Under the pieces are notes generated by a model. That model made no database searches. It was not told where the DNA came from and saw only the letters and a list, made by a program, of their open reading frames with translations. Of a DNA stretch of 64,000 nt, positions 37,975 through 52,640 are shown in pieces. Origin of the DNA: Octopus sinensis (taxonomy: Eukaryota); assembly GCF_006345805.1 (NCBI RefSeq), contig NC_042998.1, forward strand, positions 21,328,001 through 21,392,000. Reading direction: 5' to 3'. The translations under genes were made by a program, and so were the position numbers. Position 1 is the stretch's first letter, and every line of letters begins with the position of its first letter.

Positions 37975-38917
37975 TTCAGTAGTATTAGTTTTATAGCGTG
38001 CTTTCACTTCACTACCGAGCACAGCTCTGTGTGCCTTGGGTATGTGCTGTGATTTGTTGTGATGCTCTGATGGTTATTGTATGGAAAGTGTTCAGCGTAG
38101 GATGTGTGCAGTGCCTAGTAGTGCAATTTTCTGTATGTTATATGTGTTTGTAAGTCCTGGTGTTTTTGTTATGTATTTGTCTGAATATTTTTTTATCATG
38201 CCTAATGCACCTACTATGATAGGAATTGTTTCTGTTTTTAGATTCCATATTCTGGTTACCTCTATTTCTAGGTCTTTGTATTTTGAAAGTTTCTCCATTT
38301 CTTTTAGAGAAACGTTGTCATCTGCCGGTATTGATACATCAATTAGAAAGCATTTTTTGTCTTCATGATCTCTGACAACTATATCTGGTCTGTTGGCCTT
38401 AATTTCTCTATCTGTGTGTATCGGCATATCCCAGAGTATGGTTGCTTTCTCGTTTTCTGTGACCTTTTCTGGTGTGTGTCTATACCATCTTTTTTCTGTT
38501 GTTATTCCACAATGTTGGCATAGCTTCCAGTGTATGTAGGTTCCAACTCTGTCATGTCTGTGAATATAGTCCTTCTTAACCAGGACTGGGCAGCCAGAGA
38601 TAATATGATTTATTGTTTTTTGTCCATCTCCACATATTCTGCAGTTACTTGTTATATTTCTTTTCATTACATGTTTTTGGTAATTTCTGGTGGGGAGGCT
38701 TTGGTCCTGTGCTGCAATTAAAAATCCCTCTGTCTCTGCTTTGAGTCCTGAGCTTCTCAACCATTGCTGGGATTTTTCTTTGTCTATTTCTTTTGCATTT
38801 AGTTTAGTCCAGTATTTACCATGAAGGGGCTTTTCTTGCCATCGTTTTATCATGGTTCGTTGGTGTTCTATTTTTAGTTTGGATTTCATTTATTTTATAG
38901 CTTTTGTTGTTTCTTCC

Positions 38918-38948
<31 letters not shown>

Positions 38949-41900
38949 CTTCTTCTTCTTCTTCTTCTTCTTCTTCTTCTTCTTCTTCTTCTTCTTCTTC
39001 TTCTTCTTCTTCTTCTTCTTCTTCTTCATCATATTTATTAGGTGGTATGATTTCTTGTTTGTATTTGTCAGCTTCCTTAAATACTGAGAACAGTTTTTTT
39101 GTTTTGCTCGTGTTTTACCGCTATTTGTATCAGTTTTCCTTCCTTCTGAAGTAGGTATTTTTGCAGTCCTATGGTGGTTATTTTATAGTAGTTTTCCAGC
39201 TGTATAAGGCCTCTACCACCTTCTATGCGTTGTATATATAGTCTTTCTATGTCAGATTTTGGGTGATGTATCCTAGATCGTGTCATTATTTTTCTTGTTT
39301 TCCTATCAATTTTGATCAGTTCATTTAGAGTCCAGTTAAGGATATTGTAGCTGTAACTTATAACTGGGACAGCTAAAGTGTTAATACCTATTATCTTGTT
39401 TTTAGCATTGAGCTCTGTTTTTAGTATTGATCTAACTCGTCTATAATATTCTTTTTTTATTTTCTCTTTCATTTGTGTGTGTTGTGTCTTATCTAGTTCA
39501 TGGATTCCTAAGTATTTGTAAGTTTGGTTTTGGTCTAATTCTTTTATTTCATTGGTTTTATCTAGTGTGATGTTGCTACTCTTAACTAGTTTTCCTCTTT
39601 TCATGGTTACTTTGGTGCATTTTTCTAATCCAAATTTCATATCTATTTCTTTGGTAAATCCATGAACTGTCTTTAATAGTGTTTCCAGCTGTTTGTCATT
39701 TGCAGCGTATAGTTTTAGGTCATCCATATATAAAAGGTGGCTGATCGTTTTGTCGTAACATTTATATCCGCATCCAGTTCTATTTAGCATATCAGATAGA
39801 GGCGACAGTGCCAAGCAGAAAAGGAGTGGAGAGAGCGTGCCTCCCTGGAATATTCCTCTTCTAATGGGGATGGCTTTGGTTTTTATGAGTCCCTCTTTTG
39901 TTTGGAGCTGTAGCACTGTTTGCCATTTATTCATAGAGTGCCCTATGACTTTTATAATTGTTGGTGCTACTTTGTTAATGGCTAGTGTTTCGAGGATCCA
40001 TGTGTGGGGGATGCTAGCAAACGCCTTTTTGTAGTCGATCCAGGCCATACTGAGGCCTTTCTTCTTTCTGTGGCTGTCTTCAGTTATGGCTTTATTAATC
40101 ATTAGTTGATCTTTACAGCCATATGAGCCTTTGCGGCATCCTTTCTGCTCTTCTGGAAACAGGTTGTTTTCGTCCAGGTGCTTGTTCAACCTTTGCGATA
40201 TCACTGCAGTAAATGCCTTGTACATTGTAGGGAGACAGGTTATTTGTCTGTAGTTTTCTGGTTTTGCTGTCTCATTTGATTTGGGAATTAAGATGGTTTT
40301 CCCCTTCGTGAGCCATTCAGGCATTGTCTCTGGCTCTGCTAGTATGTTGTTAAAATTTTCAGCCAGCTTTTTGTGCATTCCTGTTAGATATTTCAACCAG
40401 AAGTTGGGGATCTTGTCATGCCCAGGTGCCTTCCAGTTGCTTAGTCTTTGCAGTGCCTGGGTGACCTCTTCAGTTGTTATGGGGGTCCAAAGTTGCTCAG
40501 ATGCTGAGTTTGTTGTTTTAATACTCCTTTTTTTTGGTTGTTCGTTCGCCGACCATACTTCTCTCCAGAATTCTTCCACTTCTTCTGCCGTTGGTGCTGC
40601 AGTGATTTCTATTTTATTTTTGCCAAGTTCTTGGTAGAACCTTTGGGGGTTGGAGTTGAACTTTTTGTTTTGTTCAAAGAAGCGCTGGCGTTTCTCGTAT
40701 CGGCGGATCCTTTGTGCTTTGGCAAGGATATCTTGTTTCAGCTTTTCTTTTATCGCAGGTAAATCTTTTTCTGTGATGTTATATTTGCGGAGTATTTTTG
40801 TTTTCTTTTTGTTGCTCAGTAGCGTTGATTGTCTACTGATTTCATTAAGAATCGACAGATTTTTTCTTATTTTTTGTATTTTGTTTTGGATGTTATTTAC
40901 CCACAGGGTTTGTTTGGGTGGTGGTACACCTGTTTGGATGGGTTTGAGTGAGTATCCAGCTTCTTTTGTGGCTGCAGTGGCTGCTGCGTATACTAAGTCA
41001 TTTAGCTTAGTGATATCGCTTTTTGTTTCAGTGGCTATTAGTTCCGCGACGGCTAGGTTTATGCTGTTTATAATTGGTGTTGTTGTTTCGTCTATTTTGA
41101 TTTTTGGGAGGTATGGTCGGTGGTCCATTTTGAGCTCTGTGGTTTTCAGTTCTTTGATTATTTTACTTTTTATATTATCATAATCATTAGGCTCCCCTTC
41201 GTTGTTTCCAGGTTTTAGATTTGTGTCGCTTTCTTTCTTATTTATATGTTTGTTTGCCGTGTTTTGGCTTGCTGTTTGTCGTGTATTATTATGCATCCTT
41301 ATGGTCTGGGTTTGTTGTTTTTTGTTTACATCGTGTTTGTTGGGAATGTTACGTTTGTCTTCGTGTTTTACTGTTTCAGTGTTTATATTATTGGGCATTG
41401 TTGCGTGGCTTCTATCCACATTTTCCTGGTGTATTTTTTCTTTTAGATGTTCTATTTCTATTTCTGATATTTGTTTTTGCGTTGAGAATGTATCTTCGTA
41501 CGTTAGCTAGTTTATTAGGGTTCATTGCTGTATCCAAGTCTATATTTATGTTATTTTCCTTCCATATTTTATATGTATGTGTTGTTGTGTTTTCATTTTT
41601 TGGGTAGAGCACTGCTGTGAAGTATGCGTGTAGGATAGAAATGTATTCCTCACGTGTCCATTTATGCCTTTTGGGTTTTATTTGCGGGACATGAGGATCA
41701 ACGTCCGGCCCATTATTTTGACGGTCGTCATTTTCGTAGGGTACCGGTCCGTTCATTTCTGTTGTCACATTGTTTTGCACGTGTAGTTTTTCGTACATTT
41801 TGTGTTGTAAGTTTAAAATACGTACCTCCCGATTGTTATTCTTGGGTTGAATAATATCGGTGGTATTTAATTTCTTCGTAGTTCCTTTGTACATGGTGTT

Positions 41901-42170
41901 TGGGGTCGGAGATGATCTGATGTTGATGGATCGTAATGTTCCACGCATGTTTACATGTGTTGTGTTAGAGGTGGAGATGATATCGAGTCAAAATACATCA
42001 TTTCGTTTCGAAAATAGTAATAAATTTCAATGAGTATTACTTACTCGGATACAGTCTAATCCTTTGTTAGTAAATCTTTGGCTCCATACGATGTCCTTGT
42101 TTTCGATGTTTATGGATAGATTTCGGAGCTCTGCTGTATCGTTCTTACATCTTAAACGTCCCCCGGTGTC
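37975..42170 (-). mobile_element. Near full-length R4/Dong LINE (RT + restriction-like endonuclease), inactivated
   Basis: ORFs 41412-41948, 39077-41419 (WIDYKKAF, GIFQG, YMDD) and 38092-38889 (CRIC..HIISGC, RHD, NRPD, IDVSIP, K..KY); frameshifts; (TAA)n at both ends. Confidence 0.95.
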
Positions 42171-42172
42171 TT

Positions 42173-42240
<68 letters not shown>

Positions 42241-42244
<4 letters not shown>

Positions 42245-42460
42245 TAGTTTTATTTTTATAGTGTGCTTTCACTACCGAGCGCAGCTCTGTGTGCCTTGTG
42301 TATGTGCTGTGATTTGTTGTGATGCTCTGATGTTTATTGTATGGAAAGTGTCCTGTGTAGGATGTGTGCAGCGCCTAGTAGTGCAATTTTCTGTATGCTA
42401 TATATGTTTGTAAGTCCTTGTTTTTGTTATGTATTGTCTGAATATTTTTTTATCATGCCT
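42241..42460 (-). mobile_element. 3' end of same Dong family
   Basis: Near-identical to 37975-38210. Confidence 0.88.
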
Positions 42461-42461
42461 A

Positions 42462-42517
<56 letters not shown>

Positions 42518-42570
42518 CATTATTATTATTATTATTATCATTATTATTATTATTGTTATTATTATTATTA

Positions 42571-42640
<70 letters not shown>

Positions 42641-42779
42641 TATCATCATCAGTAGTAGTAGTAGTAGTATCATATTTGCTGCGGAACACATAGGACGCAT
42701 TTCGAACGTTACAGGTAGAGTTCAAAATATATATTTGCACCAGGAATGGTGTCCTTTGTCAATAATCCTTTTATTCCAA

Positions 42780-45700
42780 GTTGTGAATAGAAACACTAGG
42801 AACCTATTACTGTTCTTTTTATGGTTGTGTTGGCGCCAGAGAGCCGATTTTCGGTCCACCAGATAATTTCGTTGGGCGTTAAATTTTATTGAATCAAATA
42901 CAACTAAACAAGATGGCGGAGCGCGTCTTGAAAGAGTTGACAGAAAAAAAAACACTCCTACCAATATGGTAATGAAGGAAGACTTCCCTCCCGTTCCCTC
43001 CGCCAAGGACAACAATACAGGGAAAGGGGAGGAGGAGAAAAACAAGGCAGTCATGGTACAAACTTCAACAGTAACAACAATAGTAGCAAAAACACTAACA
43101 GCGGTAGAAATGACAGCAGCAGCCGCCGCAACAGAGATAGCAGCAGCCGCCGCAACAGAGATAGCAGCAGCCGCCGCAACAGAGATAGCAGCAGCCGCAG
43201 CTGTAGTGGTAGTGATGCAAGCAATAACCCCGAAAAATGCAACGGTAGTGCAGTATCGATAGCACCAAGAACAACAAAGAGAGCAAAAGTGACAACAGCA
43301 ACAACAACAAGAACAATACTAATAACATCGATAAGAACATATCAATACCAATAACATCGATAACATCGATAAGAACAACGGCAGCAACAGCAACAGCACC
43401 TGCAGCAACAACAGTAACAAGAACAAAAACAACAACGAGAGCAATATCAATAGCAACAACAAAAATACGTTCGCAGCAGCAGCAGCAGCAAAGGCCATAC
43501 ACCACTTTACCGTAGTCTTCACAAACAGGAAGCAGATGCTGCCACAAGCATGAAAACTAATAAAACAAGAGAAGACTTGGGCCAATCTGACAATCCCATA
43601 TGTGGCAATTGAAGTAGTGGAGAGAAGAACAGTACTTTTCAGATACATTTCAGCAGACACGAAAAGAGTGGCTTTGATTGCCCAAGTAGATTTTGTGGCG
43701 GCGCTGAAGTGCATCAGAAATGACATCGAATACATAGCGAGGGGCAAACAAAACGGCACCATTTCGATGCTGTTTAAGTCGGAAGATCTCGCTATGAAAC
43801 ATTCAATGACCCCCCCTGCAAAACCAAGAAAGTCATCACGTACCGCTACCACAAATATTTTCCAGGCAAACATTTTCCCCAAGACATCAACACAACCAGC
43901 ATCATCACTATCACCAGAATCCCCCAAATGCAAACAACCTAAGCAAAGACAGACACAAACATTTAGAATTGCAGAGTTCACACTCACAGCACTCGCAGAA
44001 ACAACAGAAACAACAAGCCCATCACCACTACAGTCAAACAAACAGTTAAACAAAACCAACACAAAACACTCAAACTTCGTACTCATCAGAACGGACAACG
44101 AGGAACTGATGGCACCCGTAACACAAAACACAGAAGCTGAAACAGGGGTGGAGGTGGGGGTGATATTCGAATCGAACACATTTCGCGTACCAGAAGATTT
44201 ACTTCTGGTGCAAATGTCGCTCGATCCCTACACAAAAATTCGGGAGAGCTTTCCGGAGGACGTGGTAACCCTGACCGTGAGACCCACATTGAAGCTCTTA
44301 AAGGGGTTCCCCAAAGAGACCCCACCAATTATAGAAGTCGAAGCACTCGACTTTCACAAGGCACCGGGCAGTAAGTAATCCCTTCACTTCTCTCTTTAGC
44401 TTGCCAACATGACCTTATTAAGAGTAGGATTTTTAAATGTGCGAGGCCTTGGGTCACCTTGGAAGCAAGGGCGCCTGCTCTCAGGTCTCAGGTCTCTGGT
44501 ACTGGATATAATTGCTGTCAGTGAGACCAGGATTTCCAATACACATGCACTGGCCCCCATATTCGACGACTATCAGATCTTTGCATCTGTTAGTCGGCCG
44601 GGAATGGGAAGTGGATTGGCAGTGTTTGCAACTCGGTGGGCTTGCAACTCGGCACCTGGAGAGGCAAGTCCATGCCGTCCAACAGCGTCGCTGGAAGCTT
44701 GACGGACGGACGGACACATAACGTTGCTTGAGGTTTGGTTCGGATCAGACCTCCAGGTGGATAAGAATTGGGACGATGTGACAAGCAGGGTAGCTAGTCT
44801 CGCCTAGAAATGGGCTGGAAGCTATCACTGAAAGATCGAATGGAGGTGGCAAATGTGCTCATTGCGTCCGTCATCTACCACAGCTTGACCGTCGTGCCTT
44901 CAAATTCTTGTGGAAGGGACGGACTCCATTGGTTTGGCGACCCATCTGCTGCCAACACCCTCTTCGCGGAAGGCTTGGCATGCCGTGGTTAATGATGCGC
45001 AGATGGGCGCTGCAACTGCAGCATCTCCAGATATTCTGCCTAAACGGTGAGCAGGTGGGGTCGCCGTTTGTCAAACAGGCTTTTCCACAGCTCGTCTCCT
45101 AGACTGAGCTGAAGTCCTGGGTTAAGAAGTGACCGAGGTGGGGTAACTGGCATCTGGAATGTTGCCAGGCACTCACTGCCCTCTACCAGGAGGGCATTGC
45201 GATCAATGGAACGTCTACTCTTGAGATCTATAGAGGATTAGTGGAGGGAAAGAGCGATGACACATTTGAGGAGACGCTAGTTTGTTCGGGAGGACTTTTT
45301 AACCGGGGACGATGGATAACTTCCAGAAATCCCTAGCTTGGCAGTGCTACCAGGGGGAATTACCGGTCCAAGATAGGCTCTACAGGCACGGAAGTGCTGT
45401 CAGACGGACTTGCTCGAGATACGCGCAGAGCGACGAAACCGTTCTGCACGCACTCGTCCAGTGTCCTTACATTACAGACTTGTGGAGTTATGTTGAACAT
45501 GTAGGACGGACCCGGATATCTGCCGATTCCATAGTGAAGATCGATCCGCCATCTTCCATCGGTCTCGAAGAGCAGGAAATTTTCCTCTGTCTGTTTCACA
45601 GTAGTGAAAGAGGTTGTATAGTGGACCAAGTTGAACGGACAGAAAACAGACACTTTTCTCTTCGACCAATCCCTCATCAACATCTTCAAATTTCACTTGG

Positions 45701-46070
45701 AAAGGAAGATGAGGATGGAGAGAGAAGTGCTACCTCCCAGTACATTTGCTAAAAGGGTGAATGTAGCGAAATTGTCACGTGTGAGTGGACCTGCTCTAAT
45801 AATGCGCCTGTAGGCCAGTGAATTTGAGACGGAGTACAGTGCTCTTACCAGATGCCCTCGAAGGGTCCAGTGGTTCAGGATTAGTGAGGTACTTGAACCA
45901 ACTACAGGTGGTTACTCCACCCTATTCGGGAACTTTCATTGTTTTATTCTTTTGTTGGATATCATTCTTATTGTTTTAATTGTGTACTCGTTGCTTCTGT
46001 GTAAAATCTTCACTGTCTATGTCTACTGTGTCCTCCCCTATATGTCGGCTCTAGTGTTTAATAAATGAAA
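42780..46070 (+). mobile_element. Tx1/L1-clade LINE with internal deletions (ORF1, APE start, RT C-terminus/zf-RVT)
   Basis: ORF1-like 43602-44378; MTLLRVGFLNVRGL...DIIAVSETR APE start; FQKSLAWQCYQGELPV...CSR...ETVLHALVQCP; AATAAA at 46060. Confidence 0.85.
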
Positions 46071-46081
46071 TTATTATCATC

Positions 46082-46945
46082 ATTTCAACTATATGAAAAC
46101 TCACAGCTTAATTTTCTGGGTATGATGGAAAGTGTCAGCTGTCCACAGCCAGCACACTAAGGTGACACTTGTTTACTGGTCATGCTTCACGGAACCTGCG
46201 AAGAATTCCCCTGTGACTCAAAGAGACAATACTCTCCTTTGAATGCGAGCTGTACCCAACAATGCTGTCTTCTGGATCACCTCAAGCCTGAAAGCAGCTC
46301 CAATATTCTTAATATGTTTTTCATAGCCCTTGGAAACTGCTCCTAATGCCTCAGTTACCACCCATATCACCATTACTTCATGCCTCATAACTTTCCTGTC
46401 TTGTCCTGCAGTGGCGGATATTTCTCACACTTTTCTGTTTCCTTACATTTCACCCTCGAATCGCCTGGTATTGCAACATCTATTATCTTTACTTCTTTTT
46501 CATTTTTATGGATGATCACGATATCTGGTCGTCTCGCCTCTTTGACTTGGTTGCACTGCATGTTAAAATTCCAGAGTATTTTGTAATGTTCCTTGTCCAT
46601 TACTCCCTCTGGCTTTTGTCCATACAATTGTTCGGCTGTCTCGAGGTTTGCTTTACCGCACAACAGCAAGTAACATATCTGGCCACATTATCATGTTTCC
46701 TTTTATAGTCGCGTTGTGAGATATTACAGAACTCACCAACAATATGGCTGATAGTTTCTTCCTTCTCAGAGCATATCCTACACTGTGGCGAGTCAGTGCT
46801 TTTATCAATGTGATATATGGAGTGGTTTGTTCTAAGAGCTTGCTCTTGATCACTACACGCCAACCCTCAGTAGGCCCTTTAACGTCTCTTTTCTGCAGCG
46901 ATTGCCTTGTTCTATCCAATAACTTTAAGGCCTTGCACCTATAGA
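46082..46945 (-). mobile_element. R4/Dong LINE 3' part (RLE domain)
   Basis: QEQALRTN..CRIC..HDNVARY; KILWNF...RRPDIVII...IIDVAIP. Confidence 0.85.
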
Positions 46946-46973
46946 AAAAAGGATCATCATCATCATCATCATT

Positions 46974-47077
<104 letters not shown>

Positions 47078-47100
47078 TACTATTAATTCTGCTGCTGCTG

Positions 47101-47157
<57 letters not shown>

Positions 47158-47159
47158 TA

Positions 47160-47440
47160 TGAAAACTCACAGCTTATTTTGCTGGGTATGATGGAAAGAG
47201 TCAGCTGTCCAAAGACAGCAGACTAAAGTGACACTTGTTTACTGGTCATGCTTCTAGAACCCTGCGATGAATTCTTGCAGTCACAATGATGCTGATTTTT
47301 GTAGGTCACACTCACACCAATCTTCTGTAGCCGTGTTGGTAGTTGAGGGCTGATAATTCCAAGTGCACCGATTACTATTGGTATCATGTCTCCTCTCTTC
47401 ATTGACCACAACCTTCGTTTTCCCCACTTCAAATCGTCAT
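47160..47440 (-). mobile_element. R4/Dong LINE 3' end
   Basis: IPIVIGALG; 3'UTR similar to 46082-46220. Confidence 0.75.
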
Positions 47441-47446
47441 AGTTAC

Positions 47447-47991
<545 letters not shown>

Positions 47992-50287
47992 TATTTCATA
48001 AATTTGTCATATAGACAGTAGAAAGAGCTTTGCGGGCTATACAATCACATTAATGAATGAAATGAATTATAATGAATAGATGAGAGACGAAACCCAACAT
48101 CCGACGATTGGATTTTTCTCGAAAACACATTTTCTTTTTTTTTTTTTTTTAAATCAATATAAGGTTTCAAACCTTTTACAAGGAGGCACTAAAACCTCTT
48201 ACTTAACATATTTTCTTTTTTCTTTCTTAAAACACAAAATTGAGGTTATAAACCACTACAAAATAGTCTAATAAGGTGAGGTTTTAAACTCTGTAACGAG
48301 GGTCTTTCACCTCCTACTCTTTCGATATATCCATCGATATATTCATCATTATCTTCAGTGCCGCTTGAGTTCCTGTTATCCGCCATTTCCCATGCCTCAC
48401 TCATATAGGACATGTAAGTCGTGTAAGGGCCACCCGGCCATATGCGACACTCCCCAAAACCTTTAAGCCTTTCCCACAAGGGAAACCTTATGACCTCCAC
48501 AGCTATCTGTGGAGGTCATTCGGGATCCCGTGTGAAGGGCATATCTACTGTTTCTTTATGTTCTTCTACTATTTTTCCACCTCCCCGCCCTTGTAGAAAA
48601 AGATAATCAATTGATCATCTTTAAGGGTGGGGGTGGTTTCTTCCACCGTGGGTGGCACAACTTCGGGGCATGCAGTCAGCACATCATCTCCCTGCTGAGA
48701 TGACCCGTTCTTCTTTCTTTTTTTTCTTTTCTTCCTGGCTTCGGGAGAGTGGAGCTCTTCCGCTTTGTCCGGAGACTCTTCCCCGCCTCCCGAAGCCTTA
48801 GGTTCCTTCGGCGGGCAACTATTGTTGCCCGCCTTCTTCCTTTTTAATCCTTTTAGAGTTGAGGAGGCTGAAGCCTCCTCGACCACATCCACCTCTCCCT
48901 TTGACCGGGTAGAGGAGGTGGCATCTGGTGACTGTTCCAGGACCTACCATGGTCCTTGGGGCAGTTCCTTTTAATGTGGCCTGGCTGCAGGCACGAGTGA
49001 CACTTTGGGGGACGTCCCTCAAGTATCACCGGATACCTGCAGCCAGCCATTTTCAAGAAATCTGGAAAAACCAGTTCTGTTGCGGCCGATGGGTCCACAG
49101 GGTCAAAATCGCTTTTGACCCTTCCCAATCGACCGCCGGCAATACCCTTACATTTAAGAGCCTGGGCCAGCCATCCCCCAGTCCCCGTCGGATGGTATCT
49201 TCAATCCAATCTGCTTCGGTACCCGGGGGGAGCCCACATACCCAGGCTCGTATTAATTTTCTTCCACAATATGACGGGAGAAACAAAATTTCTTTGCCTT
49301 CTAAAGGCTGACTCGCAAACTGTCGAGCCTTTTCCCCGTTGTCAAACAGCAACCATACGGTTGCATGTTTGACACCACGGGATATATATTTTACAGAGGA
49401 CAAATGTTCTTTCAATTCATTTTTTATGACTTGTTTTGGGAACACGGTGATGGAATTAAGAACTTTAGAATACGCTCTAAGTACGACCGTCTTCTCTTCC
49501 ATATCTTTTAACCTTTGCTTAGGCGGGTTAATTTCCCACTCTAAGACAGAGTTTTTCTTTTTAAGTTCCTTCTCTGCCATGTCAAAAAACAGTTAAAAAT
49601 AGTTCAAAAGACAGTCTGCAAAAAAATTAAATCAAATATAAAAATAAAAGAAAATAAAAGAGGAGGGGAGGAAACTGAAATTAAAGTAATGAAAAGAGTG
49701 AACCAAAATTTAGAAAGAAAGAAAAATAGGAGAAGGGGAAAGTAAAAGAAAAACCTCACAGATGGCACAGACAGGGAATCCTTTGTATAATACTCCAAAA
49801 AGGTAATACAAAAGGTAATCCAAAAGGGTAATCCAAATGGCTTATTCTTATATTTTTCTGGCGAGATACGCCCACTAGAATTCACAAGAAGAATTCTCAA
49901 ACAAAAATTCTCAATTCACCGTTACGGCCAAAATTTAACACAACTGTAAAACAGTTAAAAAATCATTCTAAATTTCTTCTAGATAGTCCTTAACAGGAAC
50001 GACACTATTTTCAAACAAAAGTTTGGCAGGATACGCCTACCAAACCAATAATTTTCACAATTAAGTGAATAATATTTTCACTCAGCCTCCGGCAGACTAG
50101 AGCCCAGTGAAGCCTTGTTGCTTGTAAAAATAATTTACAACATACAACAGGTCCCCACTAGACCCCCAAAATTCTTACCTTACGGCTGAGTATTCAAAGG
50201 TTTTCAATTTAAGACGGCTTTCAAAAACACGTCTTACATCTTCGGTGTCAAGCACAACGCTGAGTTGCACATGCGCAGAAGCAACCT
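47992..50287 (-). mobile_element. ORF1-only (half-L1-like) non-autonomous retroelement, gag-like ORF with CCHC knuckle, 5'UTR intron
   Basis: TSD gtaagcaag (up to 15 nt with 1 mismatch); ATG at 49580; frameshifted ORF to ~48250 incl. CHSCLQPGHIKRNC; no EN/RT; ends at AATAAA; AAG|GTAAGA donor 50178 and polypyrimidine-GCAG acceptor 49616. Confidence 0.8.
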
Positions 50288-50324
50288 GTAAGCAAGCTAC
50301 TTACCACACAGCCACTCCTGCGCC

Positions 50325-52640
50325 TAGTTGTTTACTTTTCCTTCATTCCCATTGATCCAGTTGCCATCAGAGTATGCTATGTCGATTATCATAGGTATTC
50401 TTGCTTTTTTATTCACCACAACAATGTCCGGTTTCCGATATCTGCTCAGATGATCACACTGAATCATTACATCCCATAGGATTTTTGCAGTTCTCATTTC
50501 CGGTGACTCCTTTGCAGTTTGCTCATGCCACATCTTCGCTCTGTGCCACAGAGCTCCCAATGGATCATTCTTGCCACATAGTCATGGCGTCGTTTGTATT
50601 CGCTTGTGCCAATTTCTTGCATTCGCTAACAATGTGCCATACCGTTTCAACCCTCTCACCACACATTCTGCATTTGTTGCAATCGGTAGTGTTGTCTATT
50701 CTGCACTTCATATAGTTGGTTCTTAATGGTTGTTTCTGAGCTGCGTGTATGCATGCTTCTCTCTCTATCTTCAGTTCATAGCCATCGGCCCTCTGCGTCT
50801 GTATTGGCGTCCACATCACTTGCAAACTAACCGTACGCTTTGTTTCCTTCCATGCTCTTTCTTTTTTTCTTCTTTTGTTCATTTCTAGTATAAATTTTTC
50901 TTCATTTACATAATTATCGGTGTTGATTACGCCAGCATTCTTCGAGTGTTTCAATAGTGGTTCCACGGCATTTTTTATATACCACCCTAGGCTGTTTTCC
51001 TCTGCTTCGATACAGTCTTGGTAATTGATTAAAGCACTCCCACCCTTTCTTCTGGAGAAGTACAGCCTATTGGTGTCACTTTTAGGGTGGGAAGGTCCGT
51101 GTACCGCTAACATTTTCTGGTTTTGATATTAATTTTCTTCATTTCTCTCTTTTGCCATTTTATAATTCCTGCTCCATAACGAAGTGATGCTATCGCCCAC
51201 GTATTAGCTGCTTGGATTTTATTCCAGCTAGTGTATTTTGAACGCAACAACAACCTCAGACGTCGGAAATGTTCCATCCTCAGTTGAGCTTTCATTTTCT
51301 TTTCCATTATCTCATTGAACTCTATTACACCAAGATATTTGTATCCATCTGTTTCAGTTTCTTTAATCAAGTCTCTGATCGGAAATTATCCATGCTAGGG
51401 ACTGTACTTTTCCGCTTTTTAGATAGATTATTTCGCACTTCTTGAATCTAAATTCCATTCTAATATCAATATTAATTGGGTGGACCGTGTTCACCAAGGA
51501 ACTCACCTGTGTTTCATCTTTGTCATTCAATTTCAAATCATCCATGAAGAAGAGGTAGTTGACTGATTGAGATTTTTCTTGTAGTTGGTGCCCCAGATTC
51601 AATTTCCTTATTATCAAGGTCAGGGATATCATGCAGAAAGCAAAAAGCAATGGAGATAGGCTATCACCTGGAAAATCCCTCTTCTGATACCCAGAGTGCC
51701 CAAGGTTTTTTCCGTCAGATGTCGGTTCAGTTTTCCATCCCACCATACACGTTACATTCCTTGCAATTCCAAACAGATGTAAGCACTCAATGATCCACGA
51801 ATTTGGAATCATATCATAAGCTTTGCGATAATAAGTCCAGGCCATTCCCAGATTAGTTCTCCTTCGTTTACAATCTTGCATTACCGTTTTGTCTATAAGT
51901 AGTTGATCTTCGAAACCTCTGCATTTCCTTCGACTGCCTTTTTAGTCTGGTGATAATATATCGTATATAATTTATACAATTCTTCTGCAATTCTTCTTGA
52001 CAGTAATTTTCACATTAATAAGAGGCAGGAAATTGGTCTGTAATTGTCTGCAGCATTTCTCATTGATGCATCCTTCAGGCACAAAAACGTTCGTCCTTTC
52101 GTCAACTAGCCCGGGATTTCTTCTCAATTGATCAATGCATTAAATTTCTCTGTGATCAATTTTTGGCAATTAATGGACTTTTTATCCCAAATCTCTGTCC
52201 ACCTGCTTTCCAATTGCTTATCGTTTTACTCATATTTCTGATACTCTTTACTATGGAGTGGATAGCCTTCTAGCTGGGGATAAGAAGCTGTTTGCTTCAA
52301 GCTGCAGAGCCATTCAGCTGTAATATTACGTTGTTCTTGTTTGATTATATCTTACCCCAGAAAAGTCGACTTTCATCAGTATCACGGATTCATCTTTCAC
52401 GTTTTTTATCCCCACTTGTCTCTTGGTAAAATATTTTTTCTTCAGTTCTAACCAATTTGTTTTTCTGGTATTGCTTAATCCGTTGTTCAAACCTAGTTAG
52501 CTTTGCTTTTTATGCATCTTTGCGCTGTTTCAGTTCTTCAATTACAACATTCAGACCTTTTCTATCTACACCATACTGCTTCCTAAATTTTTCGAATTTC
52601 CATTCATTCTAAGTTCACCAGTTCTTTTTCTGACAACTTC
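50325..52640 (-). mobile_element. R4/Dong LINE, degenerate RT + RLE
   Basis: [57 protein letters not shown]. Confidence 0.88.

Noticed and set aside
39077-41419. Active autonomous retrotransposon / host gene (780-aa ORF)
   Set aside because: Dong RT with frameshifts at both ends and substitutions in conserved motifs (KAFAS for KAFDS, QGGT for QGDT)
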